DNA of 64,000 nucleotides from Basidiobolus meristosporus CBS 931.73. Its lineage: Eukaryota > Fungi > Basidiobolomycota. Positions 25,199-39,167 of this stretch are shown in pieces; position 1 is the first letter of the stretch; each line of letters starts with the position of its first letter. The translations under genes and the position numbers were made by a program. The stretch lies in assembly GCA_002104905.1 (NCBI GenBank), contig MCFE01000157.1:62001-126000 (forward strand), written 5' to 3'. Below the pieces are notes generated by a model. The model was not told the DNA's origin. It searched no databases and worked only from the letters and a program-made list of their open reading frames with translations.

Positions 25199-28100
25199 CC
25201 ATACAAAAAATAATTTTGTCCTGCAGATGGGTCCAATCTGGATCAGCAGTCAGGATTCCACAATGAGTCCATTTTAATGCTGGCAGCTTGGAATTATTGA
25301 CTCTCCATATGATCTTATAATGGGACTGTATTGGTGTTTTACTGATTCTACTGCCAAATGAAGTAATAGGCTTGATAGTGTTTTAGTGGTCTTTCTGCAG
25401 GAATTGCATGGCATGTAACAGTCTCAATGCACTTTCACTTATTTGTGCAGATCTATCTGGCCAATACTTCCAATTGCCTTATATGGCAAGAAACTTGATG
25501 GTCCTCTGCTGGCCTCATTGCTAACCTCTGCTGGCATTATCACAGCAGTACAGTGCCCTACCAATAGCTCTGTATAATGCTGCTGTACTAGTTTACCAAA
25601 TGGTATTTTCCATTTCTACCTTGCCTTGCACCATTTATATATTCCACTGTAGAATTACCACTTCTTATTTGCTTACTCACTACTTCCTTGGGTATTTTAC
25701 CTACAGTTTGAATCAGAAAAAAACTATTGCCTCCTGCTTACTGACCTCTACATGCATGCATGCCTGCTGAAATTGACACAATCTATAACCTCAACTTTAC
25801 AACTCTTTAGTGTGATATTTACAGAGTTGCCATATATCTTGTATTACTGCTAGCATATACATCTTACAAACATATGCTTGGTTGCTGCCACTTTTGCAAT
25901 AAATACCACCTGAATATTTGCAAAAAGCCTTATGGTATTTTGCCAATATGTTCCTTCTCCCTGATAAGGTCTAGTCCCCCTAGTAGGTGCATACTGGCTC
26001 ATGTTTGTGGGGATGCTCTATTGAATAGCACAGAAATTAGCTTGTGATCAGGAGAAGCCTGGCATACTTTGGTGGAGCTGTGTTGATGAAAATTAGTTTC
26101 TTGTTGCACTAAACCTAACTCTGCATTACCTCACTGATTACTGATGCATTGGGTCTGCTTAGATTCATATTGGCAAGGACATAAGTGTCTTCATATGCAC
26201 ATCTGTCCTCAGTATTTCTCAACTCTTGCTGGCTGTCTTCCATGTCCCAATTCATTAAATCCCTGATAGACTTGAAGGTAATACTCTTAATGAGATTAGG
26301 ATATGGCAGTGTCCTGCAACTTGACTTGTACTCCTATCTCCTCACACATCTGCTCCATAGGAAACTTCCATAAGGTGAGGCAAGGCTTAGCACACCAACA
26401 CCACACCAAGCAAGATGGGGTATAGAATGGAAACAGTAGCTGCAGCAATCTGTGAACTCAGCTTTATGCTTGTTGTATGGCTGCTCAAGTCCTGTTACAA
26501 AGCCCTTGCATAAAAGCTGTAGATGTGTCAAGTTACCATTAGTGATCTACTTCTAGTAAAATATTTCTACAACATCAACATATGACTCTCAATGCTTCCA
26601 GTATACTCTTGGTAAATATGGCATCAGAAGGCCACTTGAATAAACACACATCCATCTCAACCAGCCCTTGCATATGGGTGTCAATTTAGATTGGAGCTTG
26701 TGACAAGTACTTTAGGTAGCAGATACTGTGAAATATCTTGTCAATTCTTACAGATTTCTCCAGTATCTCAATGGGCTCATACTAATTGAAGTGGCCCATG
26801 CACACCTTGATCATTAGTATAGGGATATTGTGGAAAAGTAAATGAATTGCTTTCAGTGGAAAGCATTTGCTCTGACTTCTGAAGATTCCCTCTGCAGGAA
26901 GAAGATGCTCATAATGTTGGTATTTGGATAATCATATTGTGTGAGAGCGATGGAGTAAATATCCTGTGTCTCACAAATTCAACAGCAATACCATCCATTG
27001 TGCCCAGAAAAGCCAGCTATCTTGCTGATGGCTGTGGTATCACTAATGCTCATAGTAACTGGTAAGTCTCTGCAGATCTGCAAGCTGACCACAATGCCCT
27101 GGCAGATGGGAATGTAGCAAATGCAGTACCCTCAATTGTAGACCAGCAAGTGGCCATCCTACCTCTACCACCACCTGTATTGGCAAGTATTTGGTCAGCT
27201 CATACCAAGGCATTAATGATGCAATTAGGTTCAGTGGCTAATAAAATAGATTCAATGGACCAGAGAAATCAGGAAACAGTCCAGAAACTGGATGAGCAGA
27301 TAATATGTAAAGAGCAGGCAATATTCCAGGTAGAGAACTCAGTTTCCTTACTACACAAAAAGGAACACAAGTAGCTCAATGTAACAGCCAAGAATTGATC
27401 CATTACACAATATAAGAGTACAGGAACACTGTACAGTTTTTGAAGCACAACTACTGTGCCCAAAGATAAAGCCCACAGAAAAACCTATCAGAGCATGGGT
27501 GGGAGACAATATGGTGTTTATACCATAGTTTCAAAATCAAAAGACATTGAAGATCCATGAAGCTGTTGAGTGCAATAATGAAGAGTGGGCTAATATACAA
27601 GAGGCCTTAAGAAGTCTAGCATGCCATCACCTGAAGGTTGGCATACCATGTAACCATCAGGAACTGAGGGCCAAACAAAATGCACTTGACTTGTTCCATG
27701 AGCATTATTCTGGATTCAAACAGGCAAACTGATTTTGGGCCAGCATTGGTATGCTAAGAAAGTATTGTAAGAATAGTAGAGATTATCAAAGGCAGAAGCA
27801 CAAGGGTGCCATGGCTGAAAACCAGCGGCTTCCTCAAGAGCCCTTTATAAGCAGGGCCAAAAGCTTCAGACAAGTGTTGAAGAGACATCAGGTAGCTGGA
27901 AGAGTGCCAATAAGGAAGAGGCAGGCAGACACAGATGCCCCAACACAACATTTATCAAAGAGAAAGTGTAGCTCCACTAAAGAATCACTCAGTCAAATTA
28001 GCACAATAACAGTGAAGGACTTGACAGTGATATAAACCCACAGCTTTCTCAGGAGCCTGTCACAAGTAGGGCCAGAAGCTCCAAGCAAGTGGTAAAGAAA

Positions 28101-29696
28101 CATTAGGTTGGCAAGAGATTACTAGCAAGGAGCAAGCAGGCAAAAACAGATGTACCAGTTCAGCATTCATTAAAGAGAAAACAAAGTACAATACAAGAAG
28201 CACTTGGGCATTAGTATGCTAGGAAAGTATCCCAAGAATAGCAGAAACTATCAAAGGCAGAAGAACAAAGGCATCAAAGCTAAAAACAAGTGGCCTGATC
28301 AGGTGCTTGTCACCAGCACAGCTAAAAGCTCCAAACAAGCAGCAAAGAGATGTCAGGTAGCCTGATGGGTGCCAGTTAGAGACCAGCAGGTAGAAACAGA
28401 GACATGTGCGGAGAATTTATCTCAAAGAGAATGTAATTAAATACAAGAGGCACTCAGTCACAGTACCAATGAAGGACTTAGCAGTGATAAAAGCCTGTGG
28501 CTTTGTCAGGATGCTGTCACAAACAGGGCTGATAATTCCTAGCAAGTGGCTAAGAACTGTCAGGTTGCTGGGAGAGTACTAACTAGCATCAAGCAGGCAC
28601 AAACAGAATTGCCAGTGCATCATTCATCATGGAAAAAAACAGAGTACAATACAAGAAGCACTCAGTCAAAGTAGCAGCAAAGGGCTTGGCATTGATAAAG
28701 GTAAAGGTGAGAGAAAAAGGTCTACCCAGCCAGACACCAGGAAGGGTGAGAAAAGTGCTGTAGTTCTCACCAATTAATGCCATCAGCCCAGAACATGCTG
28801 AATTCCATCACAGCCAAGAACAGTTACCAACAAGATATCAGCCAGTTGAGTTACACTCCAGTGAGGTAGATGAGTTTACCAATAAAAGCAATTTGTCTAC
28901 TACTTCCTCTATGTCCTCCATTGTAGGCACAGTGAAGATTCAATTGACAGACAAAGTGACATCATCAAGAACTCAAGTGACTATCATTGTACCTAGAGTG
29001 GAATTTTGGAACATTAATAGGCACACCAAGAGGTTGCAGCACTTCTTTAAGTGCATTGCTCAAGAAAATGCACTTGAATATTACAAGAATTTATTGCAAA
29101 AGCTGGCAGTTGAAGTGCTATATCTTGCAGTGTCAACTGAAAACCAGGATGTACGGGAACTAGTGAATGAACAATTGCAGAAAGCTGCAGGGCTACTGCC
29201 AAAGCTATGGAAAAAAGTTATTACAGCAGAAATACTAGTTGAGTGGTGGATTTTAATGGAGTTACTTGTGGAGTGTGCAGCTGGGATTAATATTAGTGTA
29301 GAGTATAGGGAATTTTTAGGTCAATACAATCGACAATTGAGGTACAACTGAAGCTTAATAGAAATAAATTAATTTGTATGGATGAAAAGTAAGAAAAACA
29401 GTTGAGTCAGGAAGTAAGGGGTATGAAAAAGCAGCAAAAGCCAATTGATGTACACAAATGTAGAAGGTGATTGACTGTCTATGGTCTCAAAGTGAGAGAA
29501 CTAGCAGAGGACCAACCAAAAGCCACTTGTGTGTTGTTGTGATGAAAATTTTTTACAAACTTTTCTGATAAATATGGGGTGCATTAGTTTTCCACCATTT
29601 CTAACAGTGTCCTGATGGTATCAATACCTCTTAGTCTCAGGACTTTATCTTTGTGATGGCCTTTGGATGAAACTATCACAAATATTTTTCATAGGG
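25199..29696. mobile_element. CMC/EnSpm copy E with both termini (transposase on -, partly deleted; second gene on +)
   Basis: Left end CCATACAAAAAATAATTTTGTCC, right end ...TTTTTCATAGGG. CT flanks both sides (possible 2-bp TSD, weak evidence). Confidence 0.8.
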
Positions 29697-30097
29697 CTCT
29701 ACCATCTTGCTTTGTGTCTATTTATCACAATTTATCAGACTGCTCTTAACTGACCTATGGATCTCTGCCTTCTACCCAAAACTTGTGAGTAAGCTTATAA
29801 AGGAGTACCAACCATCTGTGTTACCCTGAGGCTTTCCCTGTCTTGTCCTCCCAAGCTGAAGATGCTTCATTGTTGTAAAGTTTTTGGCCAAAGCTGTATA
29901 CACTGTATTATTCTTCCGGTGTAGTTTACAGCTGTACAGTATTGGGTCTTCAGCTCAATACTCTATCAAAGGACATCAAAGCCAGTACCCTTTGAAGTAA
30001 TTCTAACTTATTTAAAGTTGAGGATTGTGGTTGAAAACTGTCTTATTGACAAATCCATGTCTTTAATACCCACACATTAGCTATTAGTATCTGTGGT

Positions 30098-31374
30098 AAT
30101 GGAAAGTATTCCATTACTACAATATCTCAAAACCACTATTGGACTCATTTCTTTATTTTACTTTTTACTATTGTAACACACAAGTGAAAGATCAAGAAAT
30201 TCCATCTTTGAAGGACAAATAGTCCATACCCTGACAAGCAATCCACCCAAGAATATTATGTCATACAGAAAATGCAGTAGCCAACATATGTTTCAAATTA
30301 CAGCTCATTTGAAGCAGTACTTAAGGAGTTATAACCAAAAGAGTCCAATTATTATATATACTATGCCTCTATTGCTAGGATTACTATGGTGACTTTGATT
30401 GTGTGTAACTTTTGAACCAGCAAGTGCAATCATGTGAAATTTCTACAGGTGCTGCACCCATGTTCAATCTGCACTACTGCAAAATTTAGCTTTAAATCAC
30501 ATGTATTGCTTGCGCAATTGCCAAAAACTTTGATCCTTCAGAGATTTCATATATATGACTTCCCCAGCTGAAAAATAAAGGAGAGCCTCTCTTTCCAGAA
30601 CCTCCACACTATGATTACAAGTTTAAAGGTTATAAGACTTCCCCTGCATCACTTGAACTGTTGAGTATTCTGACTTAATTGGTACTACATCAGTGAAGAG
30701 ACTACAAAGCTCATAAGAATCCAATCTAAGTTCTAAAAGAAAAGTACTACTTTTCTGTTGGAAAAGTCCCCTCTAAGAAGCTGCTTTACTCTAAAGACAC
30801 CCCTTTAGAGACCTCTTTAAGAAACCCCTTTACTCTAAAGAAGCCCTTTTAGGCACCCCCTTTTATAAAGTCCACCTTAGAGACCACTACAAGAAGCCAC
30901 TTTACTCTAAAGACACCCCTTTAGAGACCCCCTTAAGAATCCCCTTTACTCTAAAAAAGCCCCTTTAGGCACCCCTTTAGTGTTAAGTCCACTTTAGAGA
31001 CCATTACAAGAAGCCCTTTTACTCCAAAGACACCCCTTTAGGTGTCAAGACCCCTTTAGGGACTTATACACCACACCCCTTTAGCTCAAAGGGGAGTTTA
31101 AATTTCCATATTTGAAGATATTATCTCAGAAAGATAAGAGTGAATATGCTCAATAGTCAACAGAAGGTCAGAACACTGCTGCAGTAGTGAGAATCATGGC
31201 CTATAGTATATTTTGAGCCATTGATTGAGGATATTAGTGAAAGTTGTATCTTCTATTGGTATATCAAACACCCAATTAACTATTTCAGTATTAGCATACT
31301 GGAAGTTGTTGTATATTGTTGATTAGCCTCTAATTGCAGAACAAGCCCCAAACTAATCATAATACAACACAACA
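30098..31374. repeat. Unclassified repeat family U, copy 2
   Basis: Colinear with 1..19 plus 9339..10165, with an extra ~210-bp segment (~30320-30525) and an expanded tandem array. Confidence 0.75.
30776..31045. repeat. Tandem array, 116-117-bp unit (~2.3 copies) built from CCCCTTTA(G) sub-repeats
   Basis: Units begin AGAAG at 30776, 30892 and 31009; each contains TTTACTC(T/C)AAAGACACCCCTTTAG. Confidence 0.85.
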
Positions 31375-31429
31375 TATTCAGTATTCCTGAGTCTGCCCAA
31401 GCAACCTCTCCACCTCCTGCTACCTTGTC

Positions 31430-34400
31430 ATGTCCAGCCTAGTGTACAACTTTGCAAGTCTCATGGCTGCCTATGCCCAGCTGCATCAGGACAATGAATA
31501 CCTCAGGACACCTTGCAATACTCAAGTGCATTTTCTTGAGCTCAGCTCTTGAAGACATGCTGTAACCTCTTGGTGTGCTTATCAATATTCCAAAATCCCA
31601 CTGAAGACATTGTGATAGCCTTTTGAGTTCTTGAATTGTTGCTTTGTCTGTGAGTGAGATCTCCACTCTGTCAATAATGGAGAATGTGGAGGCTGTGGTA
31701 GACAAATTGCCTTTCTCTGCAACCTCATTTACCTCACTCAAGTGTGGCTCAACTGACCATGCTTCCAACTTTGTTTAAGTGCTTCTTGTAATGAACTACA
31801 TTTTCTTCTTGATAAATGCTGCTCTAATGCATCTTTATTGGCCTGCTTGTCCCTTACTGGAACTCTGCAGGCAACCCAATGCTTCTTTCCTGCTTGTTTT
31901 GAGCTCTAAGCCCATGCTGTGATGGGCTCCTGAGGTAGCTGCAGGTATTTATCACTGCCAGGTCCCAGGAGTGCTTCTTAAGTGGAACTATACTTTTCCT
32001 TGAGAAATATTTTGCTGGTGTGTCTGTGTCTGCTTGCTTGTCCCAATTGGCACTCTTCCAATTGCCTTATGTCTCTTTGCTGCTTATTTAGAGCTTTTGG
32101 CCCTGCTTGTGACTGGCTCTGGAGGAAGCTGCTGGTTTTTAGTCATTGCACCCTTGCTCTTCTGCCTTTGATAGTTTCTGCTATTATTGAGATACTTACT
32201 TAGTAAACCAATGCTGGCCCAAAGTCTGTTTTCTTGTTTGAGTCCAGGATAATGGTAATGCAACAAGTCAAGCACATTCTGCATGACCTAGAGTTCCTGA
32301 TGGTTCTATTGAATGCCAGCCTTGAGGTGTTGGCATGCTACACTTCTAAAGGCCTCTTGTTTATTAGTCCACTTTTCATCATTGCACTCAATGTCTTCAC
32401 AGATCTTCAATGTTTTTTGATTTTAGAGCTTGGTATAAACACTACATTTTCCCCCTCAAATGCTGTAATAGGTTTTTCTCTAGGCTTATCTTTGAGCACT
32501 GCTGATGTGCTTCAAGGACTGTACAGTGTTCCTCTGCTGTTACATCGAGAGATGGCTCAATTCTTGGCTGTGGCATTAAGCAACTTGAGTTCCTTCTTTG
32601 CAGCAAAAATACTGCTTTCTCTACCCAGGATATTGATTGGTCAACACATATTATTTGCTCATTATGTTTCTGGGCTATTTCCTGAATAATCTGGGCCTTT
32701 TCATCTCTCCTATCAGCCACTGCACCTGATTGTCTCATTAATGCTCTGGTATGAGCTGACAGCATACTTGCTAATACAGGTGGTGATGATGCTATGACAG
32801 CCAATTGCTGGTCTTCAACTGTAGGTACTGCTTTTGCTACATTCTCATCTGCCTCAGCATTATGATCAGCTTGCAGCTCTGCAAAGATTTCCAGTGACCT
32901 ACTTAACTGAGAGCCTGAGGAGTTCCCATTATTACCTTCAGTGGACATACTGTTCACAGGGCCTTTTTTGATTGTAGCCCCACTTGTTGCACTGAATGTC
33001 AATGCATGCTGTTGTCCAAGCATTCTTTGGCTGCAGTCAGTGATGGGGTTTGGTTGGGAACCAGACACCTTTGCCTCATTTTTTGGCAGCATATTTATGG
33101 AAGTGAGTCAAGCCAAAGGGGAAACAGTGTTACATATATGTGTATCTGTGGTGCCACAAATTTATTTGTAATGCTTACTATGGCAGGTCATTATTGAGCC
33201 TTACATTTATTTAGGTTCAATGTCTCAAATACAAGATTATCTTAAATTCACCTGATTATTAACAGGTAGAGATTAGCTCAATTGGACCAAATGGTCCAAT
33301 TGTATTTGATTTAATTTGACCTCATAGCAAGGATATATGAAGTCTAAATGAAGTTTGTGAAATCTCTCTGGTATGCACTTTGTGCTGGTACTTAGATTTT
33401 TCACAATGGTTGCAAATACTTTGGCTTATATTGCCTTTACTGGAGCAACCTTTGGCAAATTTTAATTGGACCAAATGGTCCAACACTTCATTGATGAATA
33501 ATGGGTATGGCTTTAAGCAATTATATTTCAAACATTTAATAGCCAATCCTACTAACTGCTAAGAATTATTGAGCATCATTTGTTTTTTCATATACCACCT
33601 TCAAGTGCCTAGTATAGCAGTCCTTACACCTTGGGTGGCCAGGGTTGCAACTGCATAAAAACTCAACCCTAGTGCCTGTAACATGAGTGGTAGACAAGTT
33701 TTGCAAGCTAATCTATGGTACTTTGAGCCATAAGCTTTACTCATTGACAGGTAAGTGTGATTTTCATCACATCTGAGTTGCCTCTGACTACCCAATGGCC
33801 CCTTGATGTCTGAACCAGCCAACCTCTTACAATATTGCAAGAAATTGTATGCTAAAATATCCTAAATAATCGTATGGCCAGTACCAAACCAAGGCTTGAC
33901 TAATTGCTTGCAGTGGAAGTCAACTTGGACATACCAGGATCATTGTCATATTCCTTCTGTAACTAATCACTCACTGCATCTATTCTCAGGAAACAAGCAG
34001 TATTATGGTATGCTAAAGTCTTGAACTCCTGTTTGATGGGAAGTGGCTTTCACAAGACTTTCTTAACTTTGGGAAAACCAGCTGCTAACCATTGATTCAT
34101 TGATTCATCAATGACTAAATACTTGCAGGGCTCTGAACAAGTTGTCATGTGCTCATTAAAGGCATCAGTATTTGATCTAATTTGATAAAGAACATCAATT
34201 TCTTGATGTTCATGGGAAGGGATTCCAAGAATGTGCACTTTTAGAATCTGTTTAAATCTTCTATATGACATATATTCTGTAAAGTCAATGCTCAGTAAGA
34301 AATGAGAAGAAGCCTGCTTCCAGTAAGCTTTTTTGTTGGAATGATTGATTAATGCAATCCACTTCATGTACTTGGCAAATGCAATGTCAGTCCAGGGGCC

Positions 34401-35425
34401 AATGCTAGTTGCATAAGTATTAATCGTACAAATGATAGTGCAAAAGTGATGTAAAGGGAGGAAGAACAAGAATTAATCCAGTGGTGAGGCATTTCTAGCA
34501 TTTTTCATATTTAACCAAGCTTTACAGAGGTAAAACCATGAGCTGGCCCACTTGTATGGGAATCAATATATACTTCCTTAGTTATCCAGGTGTCTGCTGC
34601 AGTAAGGTCACTTTCATCTTCCTCCTGCTCCTCTTCTTGGATTGCATCCTCCAATAGGTCTTCAGTAACAATACTCTTGGTAGTATTAGCAGTTGCATGT
34701 TCAATGTTTCCCAAGGTATCATTACTGTTGGCCTTGATATACTTTAAAAAGTTTTGTAAAAGAGTTAATGTACTCCCTGGTACCAGATTCAAAATTACAT
34801 CATTTTTCACATTGCTGTTAACTGTTGAGTGTGGAGTGGTAACCCACTTGAAGCTCAAACTAAGTGTATTCCAGTCAAAATGCAGAGATAAAAGTTGTTT
34901 AACTTCCTTATGTTTGATAAATTGCTTGGATACTGATACATGCACATTAACATCAAGATGTTTACTGGCAGGAGGCATGGTTTAAGTCTTAAGTAAAGAT
35001 AAAACAAATTTGACAAATTATCAAAGCAACTCCAAAAAATAAATATCAGATTCTTGTTCATCAGAATATGATATGAAACAAACAAAACAAGACACCCATC
35101 CAGAAAAAATATTGTACTAATTAGATCAAATGATCCGGCCAATTCTCTACTTGTTAACAAAAAGTGATATAAAAGCGTTATGTTATTGAGTGTCAAATGA
35201 TTGCCCATTGACCAGACTACTTTGGCCCAACACCATATGAGAAGCAAAAAAAAGGCTATGTTGCTCTTGTTGCAAGTCTCTCAGCCAAGAAGCATGCAGA
35301 CAGAAGTAAAAAGTGGTACAAAGCTCATGGCCAGTGTTTTGCCACACAAGTTACATTTGACCATTGCCTAGTCACTACTTTACCTACAAAATCTTGTCAG
35401 CCACTTGATACTTCTATAAGTTTTG
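31430..35425. mobile_element. CMC/EnSpm copy F (second gene on -, start of transposase), interrupted by piggyBac
   Basis: 32442..33092 encodes the second-gene N-terminus. 33093..33258 plus 35158..35425 matches 37097..37530. Confidence 0.8.
33263..35153 (-). mobile_element. piggyBac-type (DDE_Tnp_1_7-like) transposon relic with TTAA TSD
   Basis: TTAA at 33259..33262 and 35154..35157. Inverted ends CAGGTAGAGA / CAAGTAGAGA. Peptide MSYRRFKQI...D.LYQIR...LVIDESM (34050..34469) and WFGTG downstream. Empty site visible near 37250-37280. Confidence 0.85.
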
Positions 35426-35429
35426 AGCT

Positions 35430-38400
35430 CCTAACACTATAGCCTTGTCTGTCAGTGGGATCTTCCCTCTGTTAACAATGGAGGATGTGGAGGCTGTGGT
35501 AGAAGAATTGCCTTTTTCAGCAAACTCATCTACCTTATTGGAGTGTAGCTCAACTTGCTACGCTTCCAACTCCTGAGAAAACAGCTGCTTTCTTGCTGGT
35601 AATTCTTCTTAGCTATGATGGGACTCAGTCTGGTTCTGGCTTATGGCATTAATTGGCAAGAGCTACAGTTTTTTAGCATGCCTCCCTGTCTCAGGCTTGG
35701 GTAAACATTTTTCCCATTGCCTTTTCCTTTATCACTGCCAGGTATTTCAATGCTACTTTGTCTGAGTGCTTCTTTTAAAGAACTATGTTTTCTCCTGAAT
35801 AAATTCAGCTCTGAAGCATCTGTTTTGGCCTGCTTATCCCTTCCTGGCACTCTTCTGGCAGCCTGAAGTTTCTTTTCTGCTTATTTTGAGCTCTCACCAT
35901 AGTTGTGACAGGCTCCTGTAAAAGGGGCTGCTTTTATCACAGCCAGGTCCTTCACTGCTACTTTGACTGGGTGCTTCTTGAGTGGTACTATGCTTTTTCC
36001 TTAATAAACATTGTGCTGCTGCATCCATGTCTGCCTGCTTGTCCCTAATTGGCACTCTTCCAGCTACCTGATGTCTCTTTGATGCTTGTCTGGAGCTTTT
36101 GGCCCTGCTTGTAATGGGCACTTGAGGAAGCCGCTGGTTTTTAGCCATGGCACCCTTGTTCTTCTGCCTTTGATAGTCTCTGCTATTTTTAAGATACTGT
36201 CTTAGCATACCAATGCTGGCCCAAAATCAGTTTGCCCATTTGAATCCAGGATAATACTCATGGAACAAGTCAAGTGCATTTGGTTTGGCCTTGAGTTTCT
36301 GATAGTTACATGCTATGCTGGCCTTCAGGTGATGGCATGCTAGACTTCTTAAGGCCTCTTGTATATTAGCCCACTCTTTATAATTGCACTCAATGGCTCC
36401 ACGGATCTTCAATGTCTTTGATTTTGAAACTTTGGTATAAACACCATATTGTCTCCCTCCCAGGCTGTGATAGGTTTTTCTGTGGGCTTTATCAATGGGC
36501 ACTGTTGTTGTGCTTCAAAGACTGTACAGTGTTTCTCTGCTGTTACATTGGGAAATGGCTCAACTCTTGGCTGTGACATTGAGCTACTTGAGTTCCTTCT
36601 TTGCAGCAAAGATACTGCTTTCTCTATCTGGGATATTGATTGCTCTACATATATTATTGGCTCATCCTGTTTCTGGACTATTTCCTGATTACTCTGGGCC
36701 ATTGCATCTATCCCACCAGCCACTGCACCTAATTGCTTTATTAATGCTTTGGTATGAGCTGATAACATACTTGCTAATATAGGTGGTGGTGATGTTATCA
36801 TGGCCACTTGCGATCTTCAACAGAGGGTACTGCATTTGCTACATGCTCCTCTGCCTGAGCATAATGGTCAGCTTGTGGCTCTGCAGAGGTTCTTAATTGC
36901 CTACTTGACTGAGAGCCTGAGGAGTCTGCATTATTACCTTCAATGGGCACACTGTCCACAGGACCCTTTTTGGAATATAGTCCTGCTTGTTGCTCTTGAA
37001 TGTCAAAGCAAGCTGTTGTCCAACCATTCTTCTGTTACCATCAGCAGTGGGGTTTGGTTGAGAACCAGAAAACTTTGCTTTAACTTTTGGCGGCATATAT
37101 ATGGAAGTGAGTCAAACCAAAGTGAAAATAGTGTTACATATACATGTTTATGCGGTGCCAAAACTTTATTTATAATGCTTACTATGGTGGGTCATCATTA
37201 AATCTTACATTTATGTAGGTAAAATGTCTGAAATACATGACTGTCTTAAGTTCACATGAGTATTGACCAAAAAGTGATATAATAGCAATATATTGTTGAA
37301 GGTCAAACTGTTTGCCCCATGGACAAGACTACTTTGACTCAATGCTATAAGAGAAGTGAAAAAAGGCCATGTGGCTATTGTGGCAAGCCTCTCAGCCATG
37401 AAGCACACCAATCACATAGGAAGTATTACAAGGATCACAGCCAGTGTTTTGCCACCCAAGTCATAATTGACCATTCATTGGTCACAACTGTACCAACATT
37501 ATCTTGCCAGCCAGTTGATACTTCTATATCAGCACCTGGCCATCTCTGTCACCTTGCGCAAACTGAGTCAGGTGAGTTTGTTATGCCTTTAGGCTCACCT
37601 CAGCCTTCTGAGTATGGTACACATAGTGATAGCTGTGACAAAGAAGGGTCACTTATGGATTTTGACCCTATCTCCCCTAACAACAGTACCATGTATGAGC
37701 CCAGTCAAATCCCTGTATTCAATGAGACAACACCTGTTGAAACAAATGACAAGGATTCTTTATGGAGCCAAGTGAGCCCAGTAACTCATCTACTGGTGAA
37801 TGATGTAATGTTGTGGCTAGAGAAGTGACATGTTTCCACTAATATCAGTAATGGGGGCTTTGAGGATTTATTACTTCTTCTTGCCAAAATTATACCAGAT
37901 GCAACTTACCATGTACATGGTACAAGTGGACAGCCATCATGCAGCTGGCAATGTATGATCCAGAGACTGTCCTGATTCCAGCATGTGTTAATAGTTTCAT
38001 GGCATTCACATCCAAAAATGCTACCATTGCAATTTGTCCAGATTGTCAGGTATCCACCACCATTGAGGGAAAACATTGTTCACACTCCAGATATATTCAG
38101 GTCATATCCCATCTGATGAAGCTGATGCCTTCCAACAAATATTGCAAAGCTATACAGTACAACACTCAGTATCATTCAAGTGCAAACATATTTGATATAT
38201 TTGATGACAAACATTACGAACAGCTAAGAAGCAAGGGCTACTCTGAAGGTATGTATGACCATGCCTTTGCTTTAGCACTTGATGAATTCTCATTAAGCAA
38301 GTACTCTACCAGCAAATCCTGCTGGCCACTGATTCTCATCAATCTGAATCTGCTGCCCATCTTACAGTATCAGAGTAATAATCTGATGGTAGTCTCACTG

Positions 38401-39167
38401 GTATCTGGGCATAAATCACTGTCCAACCTGGATAGCTACCTGTATCCATTGCTGGATGAACTTTGCATGCTTTCCAGCAGGATAACAGTAAATGACCATC
38501 ATGTAAATGAGCATATGTTTATCTGCATTGGAGATACCCCAGCCATCAGCAAGATAGCAGGTTTTTCCAGGCTCAATGGATAGTATTGCTGTCAACTGTG
38601 TGAAATCCAGGGGATTTACTCCATAACTCACACACATTACTATTACCCAAACACCAGCACTAAGAATATCATCTTTCCACTGAGGGAACATACATAAGTC
38701 AGCATGCAATTGCAGCAAAGTTGGCAAGCTATAAGCCATCAGTCAGAATATGGAATATAGAATCAATCAAAAACCAAAGATACTTCAGATAGAGGGTATC
38801 TGTTGGAGCAAAAGCTCTCCACTGGGAGCAACGCATTTGCTTTTCAACAATATCCATATATTGATGACCAAGTTGTACATGGGGCATTTCAAGCTAATTG
38901 AGCCCTTTGAGAAACCAGAGAAATTTGAAAGCATTGGCAAGATATTATAGAGTATCTGCTACCCTAGGTACTTCTCACTGTCTCCAATTAATATTCATAC
39001 GCATATGCAACAATACAAATGCAAAGACTGGATGAACTGGATATGTATTTATTCAAGTGGTGTTCTGAAGCCATTCCTACCAAGAGTACATTGGGAGCAT
39101 TGGGAGTCATATGTGGACATTCTAGGAACATATATCCACCCGCAGGACCAAATTATTTTTCATAGGG
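35430..39167. mobile_element. CMC/EnSpm copy G (second gene on - 35430..37096; transposase on + from 37319; terminus at 39167)
   Basis: ORF fragments 37319..37828 (CGYC..H..H motif) and 37939..38583 (ALALDEFS..SCWPLILINLNLLP..LDSYLYPLLDEL); ends ...TTTTTCATAGGG. Confidence 0.85.

Noticed and set aside
30776-31045. Array considered as CRISPR or telomeric repeat
   Set aside because: No constant repeat with unique spacers and no cas genes in a eukaryotic context. The units are degenerate and internal to an interspersed repeat, not a TTAGGG-type tract.
32234-36782. Hydrophobic-looking plus-strand ORFs (32234..32689, 34590..34985, 36495..36782)
   Set aside because: Antisense to TE coding relics; not independent genes.
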